The translations under genes were made by a program, and so were the position numbers. From assembly GCA_028534125.1 (NCBI GenBank), contig CM052817.1, forward strand, positions 68,450,001-68,514,000: a stretch of DNA of 64,000 bases. The letters run 5' to 3'. Each line of letters opens with the position of its first letter. Position 1 is the stretch's first letter. Below, piece after piece: positions 53,600 to 64,000 of the stretch. This DNA comes from Lama glama. Lineage: Eukaryota. The notes below the pieces were generated by a model. The model worked only from the letters and a program-made list of their open reading frames with translations, made no database searches and was not told the origin of the DNA.

Positions 53600-54850
53600 T
53601 TGGTTTAAACATTTTTTACTGAACACCTAATATGTGTTGGGGACATAGGATTAAACAAAATATCCTTCATGGAGATATTCTAATGGGAGGAAACAATAAT
53701 TTAAATGATTGTCTTTATATGGTGATGAGGGCTATGGAAAAAAAATAATAAAGCAGGGAAAGATATGGAAGGGGCTCCAGAAATGGGGTTGGGGTTACAA
53801 TTTCATATAGAGTGGGAAGGGAAGGTCTGATTGAGAATGTGGTATTTGAGTGAAGACTTAAAGGAGGTGAAGGAGTGAGGCATGCAGATATTTGGTGAAA
53901 ATATTTCAGGCAGATGGAATAGTGAGGGCAAGGGTCCCGAGATGGGTGTGTGCCTGGCGAATTTGGAGAAAATGCTGGGACGCAGTTATCAGCTGCAGCG
54001 GGATGAGACACACTGAGGGACCACCTCAAGTAGGACACGGAGGGCTATTTGTAATGACTTCGAGCTTTCACCATGAATGAGATGGGAAGCCATCTGGAGC
54101 ACCATGGTATGACTCAGACCTGAAAAGGAGTTCTCTAATTGTGGTTTTGGGGAATAGACTGCTGAGTAGTGAAGCCGGGGATCTGTTAGGAGGCAATAAT
54201 CCAGTGAGGGGATGATGGTGGCTTCAATTAGGAAGATGGCAGTGAAGGCGTGAGAGGTTGTCAGATTCTGGAATATTATGAAGGTAGAGCCAGAAGAAGC
54301 TGCTGATGGATGGATTGCATGTGAAATGTGAGAGAAGGAGAGGCATCCAGAAGAAATCCAAGATCTGGGGCCTGAGCAGTGGAGGGATAAAGGTGAGGTG
54401 GGGAAGACAGTAGGAGGAGCATGCAAAAGCAAAACTGAGAGGGACTCACAGACATAGAAAAGAAACTTATGGTTACTGGCGGGGGAAAGGGATGGGGAGG
54501 GATAAACTGGGAGTTTGGGATTAGCAGATATACACTACTATATATAAAACAGATAAACAATAAGGACCTACTATATAGCAGATGGAACTCTATTAAATAT
54601 CTTGTAATACCCTATAATGAAAAAGAATATTGAAAAGAATATATATGTGTATGACTGAATCACTATGCTGTAGATCAGAAATAGTACAACAGTGTAAATC
54701 AACAATACTTCAATAAAAAAAAGAGGGAAAAGTTTCTTTATTGGATTTTTAAGTTTAAGATGCCGATTAGATGTCAAAGAGACTGCGGATGGACTGAGTC
54801 GGCATTTAGAGGTTAGGTCTGGTTTGGAAATACACATTCAGGAGTCAACT
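53600..54850 (-). mobile_element. L2 LINE fragment interrupted by an L1 3' end
   Basis: L2 reverse-strand motifs (gaaggtgaaggagtgagg, aggaggcaataatccag, gatggattgcatgtg..gtgagag). Minus ORF has IIPSLDYC. Confidence 0.75.
54427..54723 (+). mobile_element. Younger artiodactyl-type L1 3' UTR with poly(A)
   Basis: gactcacagacatagaaaagaaacttatggttac...gggataaactgggagtttgggattagcagata...aaggacctactatatagca...ttcaataaaaaaaa. Confidence 0.8.
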
Positions 54851-57595
54851 GACAGGAAATGGAAAGGAATGGGGATCTTGAGCCCTGCTCTCTTTTAACC
54901 TGAGGGGTTTTGTGGGAAATGTTTCCAAGCACATAATTGTCCTGCCTGAGTTCAGTGCTCATTGACAAAACTGAGTTTAAAATATGAAAATGAGAAGACT
55001 GTAGAATAGAACTGAATTAAGGTCTAGGAAGTGAAATGGGTGGTGAGAGAGTGTCTGGAATTTAGCCTAAATTAGGTTATTAAATCCTCACAAGATGGGT
55101 ATTATTGCCTCTATTTGATGGAGGAGGAAACTGACTTTCAAAGAGGTCAAGTGACTTGTCTAACATCACAGAGTCAGTAAGTTGTGGAGCTGGGAATTGA
55201 AGCCCAGTCTGGCTAACTCTGGAGCCCAGGTCCTTCCTGGGACCTTACAAGGCTTCTTTGTCAGTTAGTTTAAAGGGTAGGAATCATCCTGTCTTCTGGG
55301 CTCAGGGCTCACTTCTCTATTTATGAGGTCAATCTTTCTGTCCCAGGGAGAGGTCCAGACTGGTTTCCACAAAATGGGGCAAGGGAAGCCGTAACTGGAA
55401 ATATCCATTACTTGATAACTATTTCCACTATTATTCTGAAAGCAAAGGACGCCGTATATCTCACTGCTAGGTTACAGGAGGTCATGAATGAGCAAAATAT
55501 GAGTAGGACTGACGAGGAAGAGAAACCTGGAATAGGAACCCATCCCATTAGTTATCATTACCACTGCTGACATCAGGCCAGAAAACCTCTCAACTCAGGG
55601 CACCACATTAGCCAATTTAAATGAGGTCCCTCAAACTCTAAGGTACCCTCCTCCCTTCCCCCCATCACTTCACTCTGCTAGATTAGCGAGGCCATCTGTA
55701 AGGAAAGAAAAGAATCCTGGTGAATAGGCTGCCTCTGTCAACAATGAGCCTGCTTATTCTCAGTGTCCTTTCTTCTTAGGTGCCCTGTAGAAGGTCAAGT
55801 TGTTTATCATCTATAATAACACCTCAGAATCAAATGTCAGTGACATCGACACGGGCGGATAAGCGCGCTTGTTCAAAGTGAAACGGATAATACTGTTCAG
55901 TTTGCCGATCACACAGCACAAGGGGAGGAAGGAAGGGAACAGGAGGATGGAGCAACGTCCCTCACAAAGGGAGACGGGGAGCCATGCCAACAGCCGTCCC
56001 TTTCCAGAACACCAAAGAAGCCATTGATACTAACTCTGTTTTGGCCTTGACCCGAGACACCTGATCTCAGTTTAGAGACATTTCCACCGCAGAACTAAGC
56101 AGTCTGTCCTGACAGGGCCCTGGAGATCACACACGCCCGGCCAGCCCCTCACTGGGGCATGGGCTCTGCTGAGTCTCCATGACATGTGGTGCAGCTGCAC
56201 CCATCAGGGCGGCCTTCGCTGCTTCCTACAACTCTGGGGTCTTCAGGAGTTCACTGTGGAGTTTGTGATGTCAGGGCTCACTTTTGCCCTCTGGCTCCAT
56301 TTTATTTGGTCACTTTTCTAGCATTAAGAAGTACTCCCCACCCCACTCCCATCAAAATGAAAGGAAGATGACTGGAAGGAGATTTTTTGCTTTGGGTTCT
56401 CCAGCAGGTGGGCAGTTGCAAGGGCTGCCTACAGTGAGGTAGGTTCTTGAGGCTGAGTGCCTTGGGGACTAGGCTCTTTGACTTTCCTTCTACATGGGGT
56501 AGGAAATTCAGTTGTGAGTTGGTAAGGAAAGATAACAAGCAAGACGAGGTTTGTATTACAGGACCCAGTGGCACAAAGCCACAGGGGACAAGAAATAGTG
56601 GGCATGTAGCCACTGACAGGAATTTTAGTATCCTTGTCTCTCGGGGTCTGATCTCTTGATGCCCTGAGGGAAGTGATATACTCACCGGGAACCAGTGCTG
56701 ACTAAGGCCCGGAGATTTCACTTTCAAGCTGATGGTGTCTGGGGTGAATTAATATAACACATGAAACTGCCCTCCCCTCCACCACAGTTAATTTTCTTAA
56801 AAAAAAAACCAAAACTTTCTGGAGAATGAAATGCTCAGATACTCAGTAGCTTAAAAAGTAACAGTGTGTTAAGCTGGCATCCTGGACAGGAAGCAGCTCC
56901 CTAAGATGAGAAGATGGTTAGTGTGGGCTCCAGTCATGCTCAGCCAAATAAACAGGACTTGAACTTTCCGGCAGCTCCAGCCAAAGCCCTCACCAGCGCT
57001 TTTGTTCAACTAAACTTAAGGGTGCAGTTAACAATTTCCATGACTTGGGCTTCCTTGCCTTCAAGTTACGAGACAGTAAACAAGTAGGAAAGAAAGGGAG
57101 ACGCCAACATTTCAGAAATTGTGACCTTCAAAGGAGGAGGAAGAAGTCCAACCACAGGGAAAGTGGTCAGAAATGCGATACCCTTTTTGTGAGAGCCCAC
57201 AGAGACCCCAGATTGCCAAACCACTGTATCTGAGGAGGCATTGCCAGGACTGAAGCTTCCAGAAACCTTTGAATGGCTCATTTATTTTACTGGGGCTGAA
57301 GCTGTGGGGTAATTGTCAGGGAAGTCTGTGGATATGATTGATGCTCGGGCAAGCAGGCTTTCATTGTCAGCCAGGAAGCCCTCCGTAATTACCCACCGCA
57401 ATGTGCCGTGCAGACCCGTGTGTGTGCTGGGGGTGGGGTGAAGGGGGAAGGATAGCCCCCCTTGTGCTTTTAAATCCAGGCCAAGATTTGCCCCTGCTTG
57501 GTGTTTATACCACAGAGTCATCAGAGAGAGGTGAAGGCGTCAAAGTTTTCTATGTGCTAAACCCTACGCTAAACATGAATTTCCGCTCCTCCTGT

Positions 57596-58095
57596 NNNNN
57601 NNNNNNNNNNNNNNNNNNNNNNNNNNNNNNNNNNNNNNNNNNNNNNNNNNNNNNNNNNNNNNNNNNNNNNNNNNNNNNNNNNNNNNNNNNNNNNNNNNNN
57701 NNNNNNNNNNNNNNNNNNNNNNNNNNNNNNNNNNNNNNNNNNNNNNNNNNNNNNNNNNNNNNNNNNNNNNNNNNNNNNNNNNNNNNNNNNNNNNNNNNNN
57801 NNNNNNNNNNNNNNNNNNNNNNNNNNNNNNNNNNNNNNNNNNNNNNNNNNNNNNNNNNNNNNNNNNNNNNNNNNNNNNNNNNNNNNNNNNNNNNNNNNNN
57901 NNNNNNNNNNNNNNNNNNNNNNNNNNNNNNNNNNNNNNNNNNNNNNNNNNNNNNNNNNNNNNNNNNNNNNNNNNNNNNNNNNNNNNNNNNNNNNNNNNNN
58001 NNNNNNNNNNNNNNNNNNNNNNNNNNNNNNNNNNNNNNNNNNNNNNNNNNNNNNNNNNNNNNNNNNNNNNNNNNNNNNNNNNNNNNNNNNNNNNN
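57596..58095. other. Assembly gap (500 N)
   Basis: Run of N. Confidence 1.
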
Positions 58096-60049
58096 TGAGT
58101 GCCACATTTTGAGAACCCCTGTTCTAGATTAGCACCGGGCCTACCCAGGATCCCCGTCCCACTGGCTGTATTGCTGGTGGCTCCTGCCCGTCAACAGGAA
58201 TGCATATGCCTAGCTGTGTGTGGATCTTAGCAGAGGGCCCAGTTTATGTCTGAGCTGGCTACTCCAATACTATCATAGACGATGAGAAAATGCTGATCCT
58301 CCCATGTTTTGCTTTTAAAGCAGACATTACTTGCCTGCATTCTGGCAATTCAGGATTTAACTTAGGAACTTGAAACTTGCACACAGCTTATGTATGACTG
58401 GTTGACCAGCATTATTCCCGGGGTAGGGGTGGGTGGGGCTCGCTTAAATGGAACCAGCTTTCTAGCCACTGAAATTACACTCAGCCACATCACTAGACAT
58501 TTACTGAGCACCTACTGAGGATACAGAAAGAGACAGGCAGGGCCCTGCTCTCTTCAGTGTGTAGTCTAGTTGAGGGGACAAATTTTAACAAATTAATCTG
58601 CAAATAGAGATCCAATTACAAATTAGGGTAAGTGTTTGAAAGAGAATGGGAGAAGGATGTTCTTCAATAGAATGATTAAGGAAGGTCTCAGCGAGGAAGG
58701 GATATTTAAATGGATTAAAGTGACTTTTAAAATTCCTTATATGACTTACCTTTCAACAGCATTTGACACATCTAACAATTCCTTTCTTCAGCTAAACTCC
58801 ACGCTCTTGTTATGCTGATCTCTTCCTCAGCCCATCCTTCATTAGGTGTTTTTCAGTCCGACCCTCAGCTTTCCTGTCTGACTAACATCTCCCCGGGTCA
58901 ATTTCACCCACCCCCATAGCTTCCACCACTGCCAGTGTGCTGAAGCGTCCTGCCAGATGCTGCCCCAGCCCTTGGCTCATTTATCCAGCTTCCTTCTTGT
59001 GCCTCCATTTGGGTTGTCACCAGGCAGTTCAGCACCATTCTTCCCCTCGTGCCACTGTCGCCATCAGCACAGCTTGTTGGTGAAGCCTAAAACCAGGAAG
59101 CCAGCCTGGACTTCCCTTTCTTCCTTTCTGTCCCCTCACCCAAACACAGACACACTTTTTTAAAATCACTAAGTTCTGTTGACTCTATATCCTTATTTTC
59201 TTCTGTCTCTAATCTTCAATGTCCATGCCCCTTGGGCCTCCTTTTGTTCAGACACTTGGTCTCCAGCCAACTTCCCATCTCCTCCTCCTCCCTCTGCCCC
59301 CACATGGACAGAAGCCTCACTGGACCACCTTTCCACCCTCCACCCCTGCCCCATCGTTCCTCCAATCAACCCTCTTCTCTGCTATAAGGGAGAGTGCCTA
59401 ACATTTACAACTGATCAGATCAGGCTGCTGTTCAGAATTCATCAATGGCCTCTGCTCTGGGTCCTGCTCTACACTTTAGTCCAGCTCTCTCGCAGCCCCT
59501 CGCCCCAAGTTCCCCTCCCAGAGGGATGGGCATAACTTGACCTTGTGCCCTCACCCCATCCCCGCCTCCAATCCAGAAATCCCCTGTACACACAGTTCGG
59601 AAGGGCCTCTGTCTGCATCCTTGCATAGGCCTGGGAAGTATTCGGGGTAGGCCATTTGCCCCCTCACACTTTCCCCACCTCCCCTCATCTGCTGGGCATT
59701 CATTTTCCTCTGCTGGCAGTGCCCTGCTCTTCTACCCATCAGAGTAAAACTCCTACTCCTCACTAGGTTTCAGCAACACCATCTCCCTGCCGCCCCAGTA
59801 AGTCCAGGCTGCTTTCTGTGTTCTTGCTGCACTTTGATGCATGGCCGTTTTCTAATTCCTGGAAGGCATTGCTGGCAGCTACTCCCTTTTTGTTATATTT
59901 CTAGCCTTTTCTGGGCCTGTAGACACCAAGAATAAGGGAAGCTACTTCTATTAGCCAAAAAATGTATCTTGCTTGCCCAGTTTCACCACTGCATGAGAAT
60001 TTAGAAAAAGCAGACACCAGCATGAGCACGTGGTGTCTTCTATCATTAA

Positions 60050-60250
60050 GAGTAACAGCTGCCCCATATATTGAGCCTGTCCTGTGTGCCAGGCCCTATA
60101 GTAAAGTGCTTCACATACCGTATTGTATTTATCTTCACTATAACCCTGTGAAGCACACATGATTATTAAACCCACTTTACAAATATAGAAACTGAGGCTC
60201 AGCAAGGTTAAATTAAATGTCCCATGTTGCACAGCCAGGAAGGGAAAAGT
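60050..60250 (-). mobile_element. MIR SINE (one of many copies)
   Basis: attgagcctgtcctgtgtgccaggcc...cccactttacaaatatagaaactgaggctcagcaaggttaa. Similar MIR cores at ~1900-2060, 15200-15400, 38320-38480, 39950-40150, 41660-41850, 47480-47620, 55080-55240 and 61700-61900. Confidence 0.75.
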
Positions 60251-62448
60251 CACGGTCCCTCTAATGAGTCTCATGCCCACACTCTGTTGCAGTGTCTCAT
60301 GCTGTTCTGCACGCTGCATTAGAGCAACCTGTCAGCCCAAAATGTGCAGTCACTCCTCTTCCAACCATTACAAATGCATTTAAACATAACAAAGTATTCT
60401 TAGGGAAGAAATTCCTATAGAATCAGCCAGTAATTTTCCTTAAGGAAAGAATATAGAGCAACAGTAAAAACAAATTAACCTGCTAAATTTTAGCTCCAAT
60501 TTCATTTAGTATGAGTGTTTGTAATAAGAGACCCATTTAAGATTTTTTTTTATAATATGATAAAATATTTATTTTCTCCCAAATCAGGGCTGCTGCTGTA
60601 TTGCACACCTCCAGGGGAAACTATTGTTATTGTGGTCTATGTATGTGTTTCCATCTGTGCTTGCAGCGTACGCAGGCTTTGCAGTCATACCTGGCGGCTC
60701 TGCTCCAATCATTTAAGGTAGTTTTTAAACTTAAAAGGCCCAACAGAAAATTTGTTCCAAGGAATTATTATGTGTGTGTGTGTTTTAGATGAAGCAATTA
60801 GGCTGCTTCTAGAACAGAAACAGAAAGGGAGCAACAATGTCGAGAATTAAAATTTCTTCCTTCTTACCTGAGCCCACGAGTTCTTAGATAGTCAAAATAC
60901 TAACTTATTAACTAATATCAATAACTAAGCAGCAGAGGAAAGATGCATCATGGCACTTACGTGTTCAGTAGCATCAGAATCATGTGCTAATCCGAGCATC
61001 AAGATATAACTCCCCCACCGAGGTGCCCCGTAAGACGTGCCATCTCCATCTGCGGCAGAATTAACTCGCTGTGCTTTTAGGAAGTGAATGCACATTAAAG
61101 ACAAAGGCAAGAGAACATGTTGGCAACAGGCAACGGCTAAAAGGGAATTTCAGCTTGCTGGTCCATACAACTGACTCAAAAGAGGATCTTTGAAATTAGG
61201 AAGTCAGAGCTAGTGGGAAAGCTTATCAAGGCAGAACCGCACAGCCCCCCACAGTTGCCGGGTAGATATTCTGTAAAGGCACAGTCCAATAGCAGCAGCG
61301 GCTGGCCACTGCTGTGTATTTCTTCCAGCAGGCAGATGCCTGATGGCTCTCGGGATGCCAGGCCAGTAACTCCAGCAAACAGGGGCTGTTTCCTGAAAGA
61401 TCAGTAAGAATTGCACTGAATTCCACAGCACCCAGCTCATGGCTGTTTAACACTCAAGCAGCCCTCCCGCTGGCCCTCCTTTGAGCGTAAGCTTCTAAAA
61501 GTAAGGGCCCTATTTCCTCCTTCTTCTCCGACCCTCATCGTGCCCACTGCAAACCCGAACGCTTCTTCTGTCTTGGCTAGTGAATTCTCACACAACGAAT
61601 GGAAAAAGACCTCAAGCATACAGACACCATGAAATTGTGCTTTTAAGGGTGAACTAATGATGAGGTGAAAAGCTCTCCTCTGGTAGGTTAACAATAAAAA
61701 GTATAAAAATAGATACCTCTATTTTTATGTGCTCTATGTGCTAAGGACTGTGTGCCTTATAATAATTTTTGTCTTTACTCCTCACACCAAGCCTGTAAAG
61801 CAGGCGTGGATCAATCCTGTTTAACAGATAAGGAAACTAAGGCTGAAGGAGGCAGAGCAACTTGTTCAAGGTCACACGTTCAGCAACTGACAAAATGTCT
61901 AAGTTCAAAGCATAAGAACCCCACCTTGAGAGATGGTCTCATTAGGGACAGCGCTGGCTCACAGGGAAGAATCTGGCCCAGCTTTGAGCACACAGAACAA
62001 CTGTAGCCTGTGCCACAAGGGTATGTTACTGCTCCCTTTTTAAATTCCTTTGGATGTGCCAACCTTACAACAGGGACCATGCCTACCTCTTTAATATCAC
62101 CCACTGCATATCCCAGCATCCAGGCACATATCCAGTACTTAGTCAGTCATGGTTGATTGATGCTTTATGCTGTGGACACTGATTATCTTCATTCATTCAG
62201 TAAACGCTCACTGAAGCCCACTTCTGTGCCGACGATGGACTAGTTTCTATCGGAAATAACAAAACGAAAATGCTACTTATCTTGCCCTCAAATCTAGAAA
62301 GGGGAGTTGTACATTCATGTAGGGAAGAGGACCCCCACGCACATGTTGCCTGTTCCCCTTCCCTGTTCCTCCGCACAAAAGGAAGGAATGTTAATCTGAT
62401 TGGTCTGGTTCTAGAACATTTTTTGAGCCACACTTTCTGATGGCTAGG

Positions 62449-62942
62449 TGTAATGGTTAATTTTATGTGTCAGTTTGACCAGACCACAGGGTGCCCAATT
62501 ATTTGGTGAAACACTAACCTGGGTGTACCTGTAAGTATGTTTTTGGATGAAATTAACATTTAAAGTGGCAGACTGAGCAAAGCAGATGGCTCTCCCTAAC
62601 CTGGGGGACCTCATCCAATCAGTTGAAGGCCTGAATAGAACAAAAAGGCTGACCCTCCCCCAAGTAAGAGAGAATTCTTCCTGCTTGAGGCCTTCCTGGG
62701 ACATTGGCCTCTTCCTGCCTTTGGATTTGAACTGACTTTTTCTGGGTCTTGAACTTCTGGTCTTTGGACTAGAACTACATCGTTGGCTGTCCTGGGTCTC
62801 CAGCTTGCCAACTCACCCTGCAGATCTTGGGACTTGCCAGCTTCCAAAATTGTGTGAACTGTTCCTTATAGTGAGTAATATTTCAATCTATCTCTATCTA
62901 ATCTATCTAAGACTGTTTCTCTGGAGAACCCTGACTAATGCA
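62449..62942 (+). mobile_element. MLT2-type ERVL solo LTR
   Basis: tgtaatggttaattttatgtgtcagtttgac...cctcatccaatcagttgaaggcctgaatagaacaaaaaggct...tctggagaaccctgactaatgca. Confidence 0.85.
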
Positions 62943-64000
62943 GCAGGGCTACTGTGTCTTAAGAAGTTCACTCTTCCCTTACTTCCATTGCAAATAGTAC
63001 AACTGCAAGCTGAAATAAGTCTCCTTCAGTTACTTGGCCATCTTTTGTTGTTGTTGTTCTTATCTCTTTATATGAATATCTAAGATTACAGGTCTTTTGT
63101 TTTAGTTTCCATACCATGTGACAAACTAGAAAATGGGATTCCAAGATTTAGATTCCGCCTCCGAGCACAGAAGATAATCCACTGGCCGTGAGTCTAAGCT
63201 CTGGGCTTTAACTCAGGTTTACAAAAGCTCTGAATTGGGTAGTAATGGTCACTGGCCTAGCCAAAAATTGGTGCTTTATTTTATACATCCCTGGTGTGTA
63301 AATTTCATTTGGGAGCTTGGTGGAGAGAATAGTGATTGGCAGCGATTTTTAGGTCCCTGTTTCTAATACCATAAAAGACTACCAAAACTTTACTACCTGA
63401 CAGACTCCCTTAGCTACATCACGGAGACATAATAAGAGGTTATCATTGAAGCACAGTCATATGCTAAGGGCCCCAAGGAAAGCGCAGTTTTGATTAGAGA
63501 GCATTGGGGAATGTATGTGCTCTTTAGGTCTCTTTTTCCAATACTGGTTCAAGAAATGGCCTTGGAATATAAAGAACATTGAGAGCTAAGCAATGCACAT
63601 GATAGAGCTGGGTTAGAGTGTGCATCATTGTTGAAAAGGGGCTGATACACAACCTGGATAAGCAAGGCCAAAGACGCTGGCCATATCTGTGACAGGAAAA
63701 CAATACTTTTACTTATCTATGTAGAAATATATACCTATTCACATTCATTCATTAATGTTCTTTCTTAATCATAATCCTTAAAGCCCACTAAATCCAAATA
63801 ACTTCTTGGTTGCCTAGACAGGGTGATAAATGACATAGATTTGTACTCCATAACTAAGTCCAGACATAGCTTTTAAAAAAAATCAGTGTCGTATTCAATA
63901 ACAGTCTAAATTTATACTCTAAACACCGGTACTCCAATAATCTACTTATTTTTGTAAATATATTTGTGTTTTAATGTGATCCTACCTTTTTAAAATGGGC

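Noticed and set aside
57401..58132. Long ORFs of 178-243 aa
   Set aside because: Artefacts of the second 500-N gap.
60000..64000. Possible 3' end of TBCK, the downstream neighbour of NPNT in human
   Set aside because: No TBCK coding exon was recognisable on the minus strand. UTR overlap cannot be judged without alignment.
1..64000. CRISPR arrays, operons, or defence/prokaryotic systems
   Set aside because: The sequence is clearly mammalian intron/intergenic DNA. I saw no regularly spaced direct repeats or dense coding regions.

Overview
Mammalian genomic DNA, very probably camelid (three Vic-1-like tRNA-derived SINEs). The only intact gene I can support is the 3' end of NPNT (nephronectin) on the + strand: four coding exons (8326-8412, 8899-8997, 16595-16851, 18205-18315) encoding the LFEIFEIER integrin-binding enhancer segment and the MAM domain, then a ~2.7 kb 3' UTR ending near 20990. 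The rest is intronic or intergenic and rich in repeats (nested L1 block with LTR and Tigger insertions, L2, MIR, L3/CR1, MER5/MER20, MLT). It also holds a decayed ATMIN/ASCIZ copy on the - strand (~50270-51240) and two 500-N assembly gaps. Most notable: (1) an ancient L3/CR1 fragment in the NPNT 3' UTR begins at a strong splice acceptor that would give an alternative MAM-truncating C-terminus (ESQR*); (2) the penultimate NPNT exon is GC/CpG-enriched and apparently accelerated; (3) apparent loss of the usual stop codon (+5 aa); (4) an unexplained ~79%-identical inverted repeat in an intron. I see no prokaryote-type or wholly novel multi-gene system. Repeat family names and comparisons to human/mouse are from memory, not searches, and repeat boundaries are approximate.
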